Assembly: GCA_951406725.2 (NCBI GenBank)
Contig: OX597820.1
Coordinates: forward strand, 100,192,001-100,256,000
Length of the DNA stretch: 64,000 bases
Source of the DNA: Octopus vulgaris
Taxonomy: Eukaryota
Reading direction: 5' to 3'
Each line of letters begins with the position of its first letter. Positions within the stretch are counted from its first letter, which is position 1. This document shows positions 38,271 to 51,856 of the stretch, one piece after another. Made by a program: the position numbers and the translations under genes. Under the pieces are notes generated by a model. It was not told where the DNA came from and ran no database searches. It worked only from the letters and a program-made list of their open reading frames with translations.

Positions 38271-38332
38271 CAGTTCGGAGTTAGATTCAGATTTCCACCT
38301 TGAATGAAAGAACTGGAAGCCTTCCTCTAGGG

Positions 38333-38653
38333 CAGTGGCTCTTAACTTGGGGGCGTCCGTAATTTGCAAGTGTGAGGAGCGAGCCCTTGAGAAAAAACAG
38401 TAATTTCTCGAATTATATTTGTTATTCTCTTAACGAGATTATAGTCAAATTAAGAGAAGTTTATAAAAAAATGCAAAAGTTTTGCTTTATATTTTTAGTT
38501 TTCTATTCTATCGTAGCGCCGCTTACCATTTTCTATACTTACTGATCCCAATTCATATCGCTCAAAGCCCTCACTAATTCTGAATTGTAGCTTTAACATT
38601 TGCCTTTGTTTTGTAATTTTTTTTTACAACAAGCCACAGGTTAAGAACCACTG
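38333..38653. mobile_element. hAT (Charlie-like) MITE
   Basis: TIRs CAGTGGCTCTTAAC / GTTAAGAACCACTG; no matching TSD. Confidence 0.65.
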
Positions 38654-39289
38654 GTATAAAGCATAGATATTATTACCGAGTGAAAACAAACATCTTTTTC
38701 AGTTAATAGATTATAACCAAGTTTGATCCATAGTTTTCATATATGTGAAATAATGTGATTCTTAAAAATAAAGAGACAGGCTGAAACAATATCAAATCAT
38801 TATAGTAACATACTAAGAAATATTAACTTAATTTTAAAAATTGAATACTATTTTTAAATTTTAGCAAGATGAAAAGTATGCTCAATTTAATAGTCTAAAA
38901 AAACACAAACTGGAAAAATAAACGATTTTAATCAAATATTAAATGTTTATGTTAAAAATAAAGTAATTTTTTTGTAAGAAAAATATTAAATATAAAGCCA
39001 AATGTTAAACATAAAATTCAATATTACTGAAAGTACTGGGTAAAATTAAAAGCTATGCAAAATCTTTTCTTTTTTTAAAGAAATTTTTTCTATATTTTCG
39101 TACAAATAAATACAATATTTTATTGTACAAATTTTTCGTATAACTTTTCTTTTAATTTAACTTTTATAACAAATTTTTGGTTTTAATTTTTCTTCAGAAC
39201 TTTTCCCTCCATGCGTTCTAATGTAGGCTTTCACATTACCTTACACGTGCCTTATATTTTGTTCACATACTTGTGTTGTCCACTGCACA

Positions 39290-40110
39290 TCAAATAATTC
39301 GAAAGGAGTGCAAAGAAACGGAAGTATCTTGGCGAATATATTCGATTGAAATTCTGGTCCCTCCAAAAGGGTAGCACAAAAGTCCCCAGTGTGTGATATG
39401 TTACAAAACTTTGAGCAATGATGGAATGCGACCCTCACGCTTGGAACGCCACTTGAGGACAACGCATCCTGCTCTTGCAGACAAGCCCAAGGCATCATTT
39501 GAAGCAAAAAGAGATTCCTTGAAGCAAGGTAAGTTGGACGGTAGTGGGGTATTTCGGCAACAAATTTCGGTGGTTGCTGAGGCTTCCTATGAGATCGCCA
39601 TGATGATTGCCAAGAGCAAGAAAAACCATAACATCGGAGAGTTTCTCATAAAACCAAGTCTACTCTGCGCAGAAGAACTCGTTTTGGGAAAAGGTAGTGC
39701 AAACAAAGTTTCCCAGATTTCACTATTAAACGATACAGTCAAAGGAAGGATCGACGACTTGTCTCAAGACACCAAAGATCAAATTCTCGACCAAGTAAGA
39801 GATTCTCCTGTTTTTGCCATCAAGTGTGACGAAATGAATAGCATCGCTCAGTGTTCTCAGCTACTGCTGTATATTCGTTTTGTGTCAGGCAACTGTGTAA
39901 AACAGGAAGTGTAGTTTTGTCACCCTATGGATAGTTGTACAACAGTAGCAGCTATTTTTCTTGACGTATCAAACTTCCTTCAGGAAAACCAACTTTCTTG
40001 TGATTCGCTGGTAGGGTAGTGAACTGTTGGAGGTCCAGTAATGTTTGGTCTGCAGTCTGTATTCATTACTAGAGTGAAAGAAAAAATCAAATCTATCTGT
40101 TGTAGGTACA
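39290..40110 (+). pseudogene. hAT Buster/Charlie transposase fragment (BED zinc finger, ZBED5/FAM200-like)
   Basis: CVICYKTLSNDGMRPSRLERHL..HP, ASYEIA..IAKSKKNHNIGE, LNDTVKGRI, FAIKCDE; stops downstream. Confidence 0.85.
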
Positions 40111-40119
40111 CACAACATA

Positions 40120-40976
40120 CGTCATCGATGACGGTCAATTAAAGACCGTCATTGAGAAAGATCCAGGTAAAATCACTCGAGAAATGGCAAAAGAACTACA
40201 AGTTATCCAGAAAACTACCTGTAACCATTTGCATGCGATCGGAAAATCAAAATATTTAAATGAAAATCAGAAAATGCGCAGATGTGGAATTTGTTCGTCG
40301 CTTCTTCTCTGTAAACAGACCAACCTATTTCTCAACCATATTGTAACCTGCGATGAAAAGTGGATTCTGTACAATAATAAAAAAACGTTCTTCGCAGTAG
40401 TTGTACCAAAACGAAGCACCGAAAACCTTCCCTAAACCCGAGCTCTTCCAAAAGAAGGTTATGGTGACTGGTGGTATACTGCTGGACTCATTCACTATAA
40501 CATCTTAACACCCATAAAGACCATTACTGCAGAAATATATTGCTATGAAATTGCCAAAATGAACAAATAACTACTACTCCTCCGTCCTACACTGGTCAAC
40601 AGAAGAGGGCCAATCATTTTTCATGACAACGCTTGACCACACGTTTCACTAATGACGATCCAGAAGTTAAGGGAACTTGGCTACGAAGTTCTTCCCCACC
40701 CAACTTATTCCCTAGACCTACCGACTACCACTTTTTCAAGTACCTTGATGATTTCCTGTGAGAGGAGTTCAAAAATCAAAGACGCTGAAAGTACGTTCAA
40801 GGAGTTCATCAGCTCCAGAATTTTATGTTACCGGAATAAACAAACTTGTAACTCATTGGCGAAAATGTGCTGATTGTAATGGTGCCTTCTTTGATGAATA
40901 AAATTTCCGCATTGTTGAAATATATTGTGATGAATTTCATGTTTCAAAACGTTGCTTACTTTTTACTCAACCTGAT
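40120..40976 (+). mobile_element. Decayed mariner transposon, 5'-truncated
   Basis: IVTCDEKWILYNN, HDNA*PH, LPHPTYSLDL; TIR-like end TTACTTTTTACTCAACCTGA-TA. Confidence 0.8.
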
Positions 40977-42209
40977 AAAATACTGATTAGGCGGCGAGCT
41001 GGAAGAATCTTTAACGAGTCGGACAAAATGTTTAGCAGCATTTTCCTTGTAACATCTTCATTAATGCCGTCACTAAATTTAGGACGTTTATATTACTTAT
41101 GAGGTATTCTATATTATTCAGCTAGAGTGTAGTTGGATCTCAAGGGGGTGGTACAAACCTAGTAATATGTGTTTTACAATGAAAGCAAAATTTCCATTCA
41201 AATGGCAATTACTGGACGATTTTCTATTCGAGTCTAACCGTTTTAAGTCGTAGTGGAAACGCGACCTATGTCGCAAATAGGCATATGAATATTCTGTCAT
41301 TGAAAAATCTACTATATTTTTGACATACGAGTATATCAGCCTGCGGGCACAACAAAATGAGCTTGCAGGCGCAATTGCACTAGCGGGCGGGTATTTCCCG
41401 GCCCCTGGTTTAAATGGATCAGTACTTTGTTAGAAATATTACGCCTGGCACAGTACCTTTCTACTAAAGGGCAACGACCGAAAGTTTGCAAATCAGCTTG
41501 GAAGATGCTCATAATTATATATATAGCACTTGAAAGCCCTTAGAAATTCAGTGTGCTACACAAGAAAGGATTTTGATTTCAAATATCAGCAGAATATGCT
41601 CCCTCTCACAAGAAATCTCAGATGATATGGAAGTGCCTTAAAGCATAGTAATAATTTTCTTCACTAAAAATGAATTCTCACAAGCATGTACTTGCTTAAA
41701 AGCCCAGTTGTACATTATACTGATTAATAACCTCCTTCAGTGATAACTTTTTTCAGCTTCTTAAAATAATTAGTAACAAGCATTTTGTCAATACTAAGAG
41801 GTGTCATTAGAATGTTGAGCAAATTAAGATGCCCCTTACACACTTCAAAACGACAAATACTAACCAAGAAAGATTTTGCATCAGAAGTTGCACTTTCATT
41901 TTCTGTAAATTATCACAATAACTTAGCCTTTGCTTGAATAACCATCGTGATTATCGATACATACTTTCGGGAGCTGTTCCATTTTAAATATCAGTTCAGT
42001 TATATGAAACGAAAATATGTCTAGGCATTTACCTGAAGAGCTGCTTGAGCAATTGACCCAAAATTTTATCTTTATTACTAGATACTGCTCCAACTATAAT
42101 TGATACATCGCTCCCCTTATATATATATATATATATAATTAAGATTCAGTTGCATTGGGTGCTTAAGTTGAGGCACCAAGTCTGTCCAGTATTGTCCGTA
42201 TAGCTCGAA

Positions 42210-42505
42210 GTTAGGTAAGTAACAAGGATATCCAGGTATCAGTGTATTACGGCCGTTTCAAGCGGCTCCATTTTATCGATCACTGCAAACATTAGATCAA
42301 TTTGAATTAAATTGCTCTCCTCGGATGAGTAAGACCGTATACATTTCCCACAAGCAGATGAGTAAGACTGTATACATTCCCCTTATAAAATTTTAGCAAA
42401 TTTTTCATCAGTACTACAAGTGATGTAATGTTTGCATTGATCGATAAAATGGAGCCGCATGAAACGGCCGTAATGCACCGGTACCTTAACATCCTTGTTA
42501 CTTAT
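42210..42505. repeat. Foldback unit with ~85-bp inverted arms, each containing GAAACGGCCGTA
   Basis: taagtaacaaggat...tacggccgtttca...atcgatca..gcaaacatta versus taatgtttgca..gatcgat...tgaaacggccgta...atccttgttactta; short tandem duplication in the spacer. Confidence 0.75.
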
Positions 42506-42508
42506 TTG

Positions 42509-42549
<41 letters not shown>

Positions 42550-42649
42550 CATGCGTGTGAGCGTGTGTCTGTCTACATGCATATGCATGTGTATAAATAT
42601 AGATATGCATAGGTGTATATGGATATACATTTATGTATATAAGTGTGAG

Positions 42650-42868
42650 TGGAGGTGCGTACCTTAGTGTTTAGGGTGTTGTACTCACGATCGCAAGATT
42701 GTGGTTTCGGTTCCTTATAGGGCGGCGCGTTGTGTTCTTGAAAAAAATACTTCATTTCACTTTGCTCCAGTCCACGCAGGTGGAAAAAATGAGTAACCCT
42801 GCGACGGACCGGCGGACCGTCTAGAGGGGAAATTCATGTGAGTCGGTATGACTCGAGAAGGTAACTTT
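42650..42868 (+). mobile_element. tRNA-derived SINE with V-domain-like core
   Basis: Homologous to 27730-27981; core CCTGCGACGGACCGGCGGACCGTCTAG. Confidence 0.7.
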
Positions 42869-42890
42869 ACCATTCCTTTACCTTTATAAG

Positions 42891-43031
<141 letters not shown>

Positions 43032-43250
43032 GTATATATATGTATATATATGTATGTATATATATGTATATATATGTATGTATATATATGTATATATATG
43101 TATGTATATATATGTATATATATATATCATTTAAATAATGAGGGAGATAAATTGAATATTAATTTAATTAATATCAATTTAAAACCAGTAGCCTAGCATA
43201 CAAAAATCTGAAAAATCAGAGAAAATTCTAATGCATGTGTGTATATATAT

Positions 43251-43281
<31 letters not shown>

Positions 43282-43296
43282 TTTATGTGTGTGTGT

Positions 43297-43327
<31 letters not shown>

Positions 43328-43332
43328 CGTGC

Positions 43333-43378
<46 letters not shown>

Positions 43379-43533
43379 AAACTTTAATGCAATAAGGCTA
43401 GCTTTTCTCCTACATCAAACTTCTGTAAAACATCGATGTAACGTCCAAATTATCCTATCATGCCGCTTTTTGGCGTCCCTACCTTCACTTCTACTTAATG
43501 ATCTCTTTCTAGACATCTTAAATAAAGTAAATG

Positions 43534-43852
43534 TAGGGCATGCGTGGCTGTGTAGTGAGAAGCTTACAGCCCAACCACAAGGTTCCGGATTTGGTCCCAC
43601 TGCATGTCACCTTGGGTAAATGTCTTCTACTATAGCCTTGGGCCGACCAAAGCCTGGTGAGTAGATTGGGTGAACAGAAACTGAAATAAGCCTATCGTAT
43701 ATCGTATATATATATATATATATATATATACATGGTTGTGCGTTCAGTCCCACTGCGTGGCACCTTGGGCAAGTGTCTCCCACTATAGCCACGGGCCGAC
43801 CAAAGCCTTGTGAGTGAATTTAGTAGACGGAAACTGAAAGAAGACCGTCACA

Positions 43853-43907
<55 letters not shown>

Positions 43908-44110
43908 GTGTGTGTATATGTTTGTGTGTCTGTGTTTGTGCTCCCAACATCGCTTGACAACCGATTCTGGTGTGTTTACGTACCCGCACATCAGCGGTTC
44001 GGCAAAAGAGACCGATAGAATAAGTACGAGGCTTACAAAGTGGTCGATTTGCTTGACTAAAGGCGGTGCTCCAGCATGGCCACAGTCAAATGACTGAAAC
44101 AAGTAAAAAG
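43534..44110 (+). mobile_element. tRNA-derived composite SINE with duplicated head
   Basis: Homologous to 59596-59992; the segment GTCCCACTGC..CACCTTGGG..CCGACCAAAGCC occurs twice. Confidence 0.75.
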
Positions 44111-44557
44111 AGTATATATATATACTAGACTTTCTGCCCTGCGTTGTCCAGTAAAGTATCCATGGAATTGTTTGCCAGTTTGTAGAATGGGAATTCATGG
44201 TACTTATGCATGCATATATATTTAACCTAACTCCTAGACTTATTTGATTGGAACTATTCAAACAATAGTAATTAATTTAATGCCTGAAGAAAATTGTGAT
44301 TACAATCATCACTACCACCATCTCTTTCACCACCACCACCACCACTATCCCCATCACGACCCCCACTACCACCGCCTCCACCATCATCACCCGCCATGAA
44401 CTCTCCCTCCTCCTTCTTCGTCCCATCTCAGTAAGCACAGACGTAGTTTAAGTGTTTCAAATAGTTATACTTAATGCTACAGTATGCCACAGTATTAAAT
44501 GCCACAGTATTAAATACCACAGTATTAAATGCCACATTAAAAAAAAAAAAAAAATTA

Positions 44558-45440
44558 AAATATGCAGACGACATCAAGCTGTACCTTGAAATCAAGAGGA
44601 CAGATCCTGTTGTCTACAGCTATTTCCTGCAATCAGACCTGGACACAATGCAGCAATGGATCACAGACTGGCAACTGAAACTGGCTGTGGACAAGTGTAC
44701 CACCATGCATTTTGGGAGAAAAAACCCTGCGTCCACATACTCCCTCCACAACATTGATATCAAGAAATCCTTTTGCGAGCGTGACCTGGGCATCACTGTC
44801 AGCAGTGATTTGCGTTGGACAAAGCATATCTCTAAAATTGTCAAGAAGGCCGAGGGTGTCTTGGCATCACTCAGCAAGACTTTTGTTAGCCGCTCTCCAG
44901 CCATCTATTTAAAACTGTATACAGCTATGGTACGACCACACTTGGAATTCGCATCATCAGTTTGGAACCCCTATCTTGCTCAGAACATTGACCTCCTGGA
45001 ATCTGTTCAGAGACGTGCAACCAAACGCATACCCTTCATCAGATACCTACCATATTCTGAGCGCCTTGTTTCCCTGGGCATGGATTCACTGAAGCTCCAG
45101 TGTCTGGTGATGGACTTGGTAAACACCCACAAAGTTATCAACCACCTCACCAACAACAACACTGAACACCTTTTTGATCTCCATGTGTCTAACACACGTG
45201 GACATGCCTACAAAATCAGAAAACAACACAGCTCCCATGACTTTCGGAAACATTTTTTCATGCTCAGAGTTGCTGAAACATGGAATAAACTGCCTGCGTC
45301 AGTTGTTGACTGCCATGACACTGCATCCTTTAAGGCCCTCATGCTTTCCGAAATCCGCCGAAACTACACCTGATTATACATACACTTTAGATGAGTTGTA
45401 GTGCACCTGAGCACTGTACACAATTATTATTATTATTATT
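44558..45440 (+). mobile_element. CR1-clade LINE 3' fragment
   Basis: KYADDIKLY, ERDLGI, LYTAMVRPHLEFAS.VWNP, LESVQRRATK, TRGH, WNKLP; (ATT)n tail. Confidence 0.9.
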
Positions 45441-46440
45441 ATAACAAGCACCTCCTCCTCCCTCTCCTCTTTTTTATCGTCTCTCCTCTCGTCTCCTCCT
45501 CCTCCTCCACTTTCACGTTCATTTCTCACCTCTTACTATTGCTCGTCTTTCATATAGTGTTTTCCCCTCATCTTTTCTCTTTAATCTGTGTCTTCCTCTT
45601 ACCCAACCACCACTAATCTCGCTCCTCCTCTCGCTCACTCTCTCTCTCCCTTTACCTCTCTCACACTGTTGTTTTAGCCTAGAGAGTGATAGAGGGAGAG
45701 TGCGATGATTATGTGTGTGTATAAGTTACCGATAACGTACGTGTGTTTGTGTTGATTCACACGCCATGATATTCATTACACGTGTGTGTATTCCGAAGTC
45801 GACTTTATCTTTCATCCTTTCAGGCTCGATAAATCAAGTACCAGTCGAGTACTGGTGTCGATGTAATTGACTTAATCCCTTCGCCCAAATTTCAGGCCTT
45901 GTGCCTATAGTATAAAGGATTATATGCGTGTGTGTTTTCTGTATGTGTGTATGTGTGATGACATCATGGAAGCCATGTTTTTTTTCGTCAAGAAATAACA
46001 AGCAAAAATTGTGTTTAAACATTTTCATTAATAAATAGAGGTCCAAATATCACAAAAATACGTACTGCACTGCTTTAAGTAAGTATCAAAATATACGTAA
46101 AAAATGAAGATAAAATATACTATTTCTGAGATATTTCGGGTACAAACAGACATCTTTTAGAGTTTTAGTATTATTAAGATATATATGCATATATCTAATG
46201 CGTGTATGTATCTTTGTGCCCGTGTTCACCCCACCCCACCCCCACCCCTACACAAACACCACTTGACAACCGATGTTAGTGTGTTTACGTCCACATAACT
46301 AAGCGGTTCGACAAAAATGACCGATAAAATAAGTACCAGGTTTTAAAAAAGTGCTGCGGTTGATTCATTTAGCTAAAAAAATTCTTCAAGATTGTGCCCT
46401 AGCATGGCCTTGGTCTAATGACTGAAACAAGTAAAAAAAA

Positions 46441-46691
46441 GGCAAACTTTGCATTTCAAGTCATACCGACTCATACGGGTCTGTTTCCTGGTTTCAACGG
46501 CATTTATATTCCCCACGTGGATGGGGCGCTGGTTCGTCACAGAATTACTCATTTTTGACAACTGAATGGACTGGAGCAACGTGAAAGGAAATGTCTTGCT
46601 CAACAACACAACGAATCGCCCGGTCTAAGAATCGAAAACAATTTTACGACCGTGAGTCCAACACCCCTAACCACAAAGCCACGCTCCTCCA
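46441..46691 (-). mobile_element. tRNA-derived SINE with V-domain-like core
   Basis: Homologous to 27730-27981. Confidence 0.65.
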
Positions 46692-47001
46692 CGTAACCAT
46701 CTCAGTAACAAACAAGTAGAATATAAAAGATATAGCTCTTGCATTATTTGTGGTAAATTCGGCAGTAGCGGTAATAAAGAACTCCGCCCCTCATATCAAA
46801 CGGTAAAACAATAGAATCAGTAGCGGTGTTCGACGACGGCAAAAAATATCTTCTTACTTGAAACAAGAAAATAAAAGGTGTGGAAGAACTGAAGTGGGAA
46901 CGTTTTGAATAAGTTCGTGGGGTGATTAGCACCAGTTAAATTTGGGCATTAAGTTGTGAAAAATACTATACCTAAACTGGGATCCAAGGCTAAATACGGA
47001 A

Positions 47002-47226
47002 GGCGGCGAGCTGGCAGAAACGTTAGCACGCCGGGCGAAATGCGTAGCCGTATTTCGTCTGCCGTTACGTTCCGAGTTCAAATTCCGCTTAAGTCGACTT
47101 TGCCTTTCATCCTTTCGGGGTCGATAAATTAAGTACCAGTTACGCACTGGGGTAATCGACTTAATCCGTTTGTCTGTCCTTGTTTGTCCTCTCTGTGTTT
47201 AGCCCCTTGTGGGTAGTAAAGAAATA
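47002..47226 (+). mobile_element. Full-length tRNA-derived SINE with Meta-domain-like core
   Basis: A box TGGCAGAAACG, B box GAGTTCAAATTCC, core GCCTTTCATCCTTTCGGGGTCGATAAATTAAGTACCAG, end GTAAAGAAATA. Many partial copies in the window (about 45798, 47265, 12330). Confidence 0.85.
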
Positions 47227-47738
47227 TATACCTAAAGTTTCCATAAGGGATTAATTGCAATATTAAGCGGCATTTCGTCCATCTTTACGAATACGTTCTG
47301 AGTTCAAATTCTGCCTGAGGTTTTCTTTGCCTGTCATCCTTTCGAAATCGATAAAATAATTACCAGTTAAGCCATGAGGTCTACGTAATCGACTTACCAC
47401 CACACTGAAGTTACTGGCCTTGTGACAAAAATTGAAACCAATATTAATTTAACAGAAGAATGTTTCTTGTATTTACATCAATTATTATGCTTCTTACAAT
47501 AGACACTTTCATGACAGGACACGTTCAGCATGCCTGAGTAGTATGTTTGAATGGCAAATTAAGTCAGTACTCGATGCTACTTAATACACAAACAGATGCT
47601 TTTCATATTCATTAGTGATTTTCTTTTTTATTCCGTAATCCAATTATTCATTTTTATGTTCTCAATAATTAAAAGCTTTAACTACGTTTCATTATTTATA
47701 TACATTCATGGATATATTCACACAAGCACACACACACG

Positions 47739-47785
<47 letters not shown>

Positions 47786-47814
47786 GCACAACACAACACA
47801 CACACACAAACACA

Positions 47815-47850
<36 letters not shown>

Positions 47851-48143
47851 ATACATGCATACATATATACATATATGCGGGGTTGCTGAAAAGGTTGTGG
47901 CTTTTGGTTTATTGCAGCGGTCCTACAGTTCTTCTAAGCCCTGTGAAAGAATCCAGAAGCTTGGGCCTCCAACAAGACCTTTCGCGATACCCTTAAAGCG
48001 GGTGACTTTTCAGCACCGCCTCCAATACTCATGCACTTATGCATATCTATATCTATAGATATGTATAAGCACGTAGACAGACACACACACATATACACGC
48101 ACGTAGCATGTATATAATATATATATATGTGTGTATGTGTATT

Positions 48144-48208
<65 letters not shown>

Positions 48209-49989
48209 TTATGTATGTATATATTTATATATATATATATATATATAAATGAAGGGAGGCGCATCAATTAATCAAGTGAATCATAGATACATAGATATTG
48301 ATTTTGTTTTTGTGTACATCTGCATCTTCTTATATCATCGATAAAATATATCATATACCACGACATCAAAGAGATGTGTCTATACAAATATTTATATATC
48401 AATGCGCATTTCACCTGTGAATTCTGTGCTAGAGGATCAACTTGTCCAAATTCTTAAGCGATACTGTTTGAAATATTTGTTATATTTGTTATAGCTTTCA
48501 ATTTCAGGTATGTTAAAGTTTCTTTTTCATTTCTTCTCCCCGCCCCCACTAAGATTCCTCTTTTGAAATTGAAAAAAAATTCGTTATTGTTCTTACATAT
48601 CGCAAAACATAAACGCTAATAATTGTGGAATACTGTAACAAAATATTTTTTCTTTCCCAAACACATATGCATGCACGCATGCATACATGCACTCATTCCC
48701 ATACTTTCGCACGCTCACACTTACACATATTTACATACATATAAGATTTATTTTATATACATGTGTGAACACACACACACATACACATATTATGTATATA
48801 CATATATTCACATGCACACGCACATACATATGGCCAAAAGACCCCGAAATACATCTCCACCTTTGTGTGAACTTCGAAATCTAGAAAACCTTCGCCAGCA
48901 TCTGATATATGAATACCGACCCGGGTTGTCTGCCTATTGTCTTTGTCCGTCTCTCACATCTCAAATTGGACATTTTCAGTCATACCTTTCCATCGGAGAA
49001 TGCGCTTTGTGTTTCTGTCCGACTCATATTCTGTGAAATTTTCTGGTATCCTAAATTTCTCATCTCTCTCACATATTTTCCACTAATTATTATATTTAGT
49101 TGCATACATCTTATCCAGATGCTGTAAATCTCTGCTCATCCGTAATCTTTTGCATACAGACGACATCCACACGCATCCAAGACCAAATCGTTTCTCACAA
49201 GACCTGTTCTTCTTCTATACTAATAAATTACGGAAACATACTTCGGTAACAAACACGTTTTCTTCATCAGTATAAATAAACAACCACTACATTTATCAAA
49301 GAAGCTGGAGTGCTCTACACTCTGTATTAGCATAAATTTAAAATTATGAAAGTTAGAGTTACTATAAACGCTACACTTTGCAATCTCTGATGATTTCTCA
49401 AGGTCACCTTACATATACAACATCGCTAAAACTTATCTCAAAGATAAGGATTTTTATTCAGTTCCATAAAATACATAGTGTCTCATCAGATGCTGGTTCA
49501 AATAAAACACTTCAATACATCTAATATATCTGGGCCAATCCTAAACCATGTCACCCCGCACTTGCTTTGTAGAAATAGTTCCTTCACAAATACGCTTCGA
49601 ATACTAGCTCACAGATCTGCTGTTTCTTCTTCCAACATTTTCACAGCCTCTGCAATTGCGTTCGAACAAGATGGCTTCATGCCAAAGTGCCTGCAAAGTA
49701 GCTATCTTTTCTACCTTTGTCTCATCAGCAAATCTTGCACTAGACTCTTTGTTTAAACATCCACTCCTATAACTGTTAACCTTCGAAATTTATTCCACTA
49801 CAGTATAGCTCCTGACATCTACCCATATTTATAAATATAATCGATAACACTAACAAATCCAGAACTTAGTTCCAGCCTGATGATTTATAACCTTTGTCAT
49901 TTATCTATTTTGTTGATTCAAAATCTTTAACAATACAATTTTTCTCTTCTTTTTCTCGAAGGAATTTAGAAGCAAACGCGACTTGCATA

Positions 49990-50302
49990 ATGAGTAGAGG
50001 AGCTGTGATTGGAATCTTTGTTTTATTGTTTTCAAGTATCAAGAATGATCAAGCTTTTAAAAGTCTGCAATTTCGACGGTTTAAAGGTTATAGGTTTCAG
50101 TCGCTCGTCGGTTACAATTTGTCTCCTAAACCAGCCAGAAGTTCTTTGGATTGTGCAGGAAAATGTAGATTACCAGAATGTGGTAATTTTGTTTATATTT
50201 CCAGTAATAAAACTTGCCACCGTTATGGTTTATGGGATGCTACGTTCACTATTCAAAGTTCAGTCGTCAGTACATCTACACCATCATATATGGAGACAAG
50301 CT
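49990..50302 (+). CDS. First coding exon of a secreted PAN/apple-domain protein (downstream exons not identified)
   Basis: ATG at 49990 after an acceptor-like ttttctcgaag (ends 49961). Hydrophobic signal peptide MSRGAVIGIFVLLFSS, PAN-like Cys spacing (SSLDCAGKCRLPECGNFVY....TCHRY), and a canonical phase-1 donor T|GTAAGT at 50302/50303. Confidence 0.75.
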
Positions 50303-50561
50303 GTAAGTAATAATTTTAAATATAAAATATACTCGCATCTGTTTTTTTTTTTATATTAATTGTTCCTTTTAACTATATAATTATCTCAGTTGCTAGGTTT
50401 CATAAAATAATCAATTAGGTAAATTTGATAAATGCCTGCGCATGTAAACTTCTAGTGAACCATATTTGCCTAAAATATTTGAATCTTGATTGAAACTTTT
50501 CACTTCATTTATCACGTTTACTTTGCCCCGCAGAAGTCATTGATCTAATCTCAACAGACTA

Positions 50562-51856
50562 CGAGGGGCGTTCAATAAGTAATGCCCCTGACCCACTTCC
50601 CATAACAGTAGAGCAACGAAATTTAGCACAGTTATTAGTCTTTTTCTACATAGGAACCACCCAGAGTTACGCATTTCTCCCATCGTTTGATGCAGCTCTG
50701 GAGACCGTTTTTGTAGAATACCCCAGCTTGGTCCTCCAACCACGACGTGACTTCAGAAATCAAGGCTGCATCATCTGGGAAACGCTTTCCTTTCAAAAAC
50801 AACTTCATGGCTGGGAAGAGGTGAAAATCAGAGGGTGCAAGGTCAGGAGAGTAGGGGGGATGGGGGAGGAGTTCATAGCCACACGCCTGTGCTTCTGATC
50901 TAGCGACACGCGAGTTGTGGACCGGAGCGTTGTCCTGCAGGAGGAGGATGCCTTTGCTGATCTTGCCCCGCCTCTTGATTGTGATAGCTTCTCTTAATTT
51001 CCTCAAAAGTGAAGCATAATAGGCTCCTGTAATTGTGGTACCCTTTGCCAGGAAATCTGTCATCACTACTCCGTCCTGGTCCCAGAAGACTGTGAGCATG
51101 ACCTTGCCAGCGGAGAGCTACACCCTTGCCTTCTTTGGAGGAGGTGAGTCACGGTGCTTCCACTGCATTGACTGGGCTTTGGTCTCTGGATCATAGAGAT
51201 GGACCCAGGTTTCATCCTGTGTAATCAGTCTTTTGAAAAATTTTGACTCATCTTCTTGGCACATCTCCAAATTCATCCTCGAGCACTTGATGCGTTCTTG
51301 CTTCTGGAAAGGTGTGAGCAACCTGGGAATCCATCTGGCAGACACCTTTTGCATATGCAAATGGTCATGAATGATAGTTTCCACAGACCCGGTACTAATC
51401 TTGACCTGATGGGCTATTTGGCGAATTGTTATGCGTCGATCTTCCAAAATGGCAGCTTCAACTTGACGGACAGATGCCTCATCAATGGCAGAAGTGGGGG
51501 GTGACCAGATCTGGGAGCTGTTTCCACAGAGTTCCGACCATGTTTGAATTCACGATGCCAGCGTTTTACAAGGTCATATGATGGGGCATCATCACCATAA
51601 GTTACTTTCATTTCATCAAAAGTCTCCCGTGGTGTGCGTCCTTTCAAATACAAAAACCGGATCACTGCTCGACACTCAACAGGCTCCATTTCACACTTGA
51701 CTCGGTTCAAACACCTGTAAATCAGAAACCACAATCAGTTCAGAGCTGTAATTCACCACTTAATCTATAGAGGTATAAATAAGTGCACATGCAAAATTTC
51801 AGCTAGATCAAACTACTGCAAGTGGGTCAGGGGGATTACTTATTGAACGTCTCTCG
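50562..51856 (-). mobile_element. Full-length mariner (DD34D) transposon, inactivated
   Basis: ~37-bp TIRs CGAGGGGCGTTCAATAAGTAAT.CCCCTGACCCACTT and TA TSD on both sides. Transposase motifs WIPRLL, TQDETW, QDNAPVH, YSPDLAPSDF. One frameshift (about 51490) and one stop (51118). Confidence 0.95.

Noticed and set aside
39393-39914. Domesticated ZBED/FAM200 host gene
   Set aside because: Short fragment with stops, truncated by a mariner remnant.
44495-44540. Three 15-bp repeats (ccacagtattaaatg) as a CRISPR-like array or ORF start
   Set aside because: Simple tandem repeats without spacers; they only extend the CR1 reading frame by chance.
44474-45373. Active reverse transcriptase gene
   Set aside because: Only the C-terminal part from YADD onward; a 5'-truncated CR1 copy.
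47002-47090. Possible tRNA gene (A and B boxes)
   Set aside because: No complete cloverleaf; it continues into a repeated SINE body found many times in the window.
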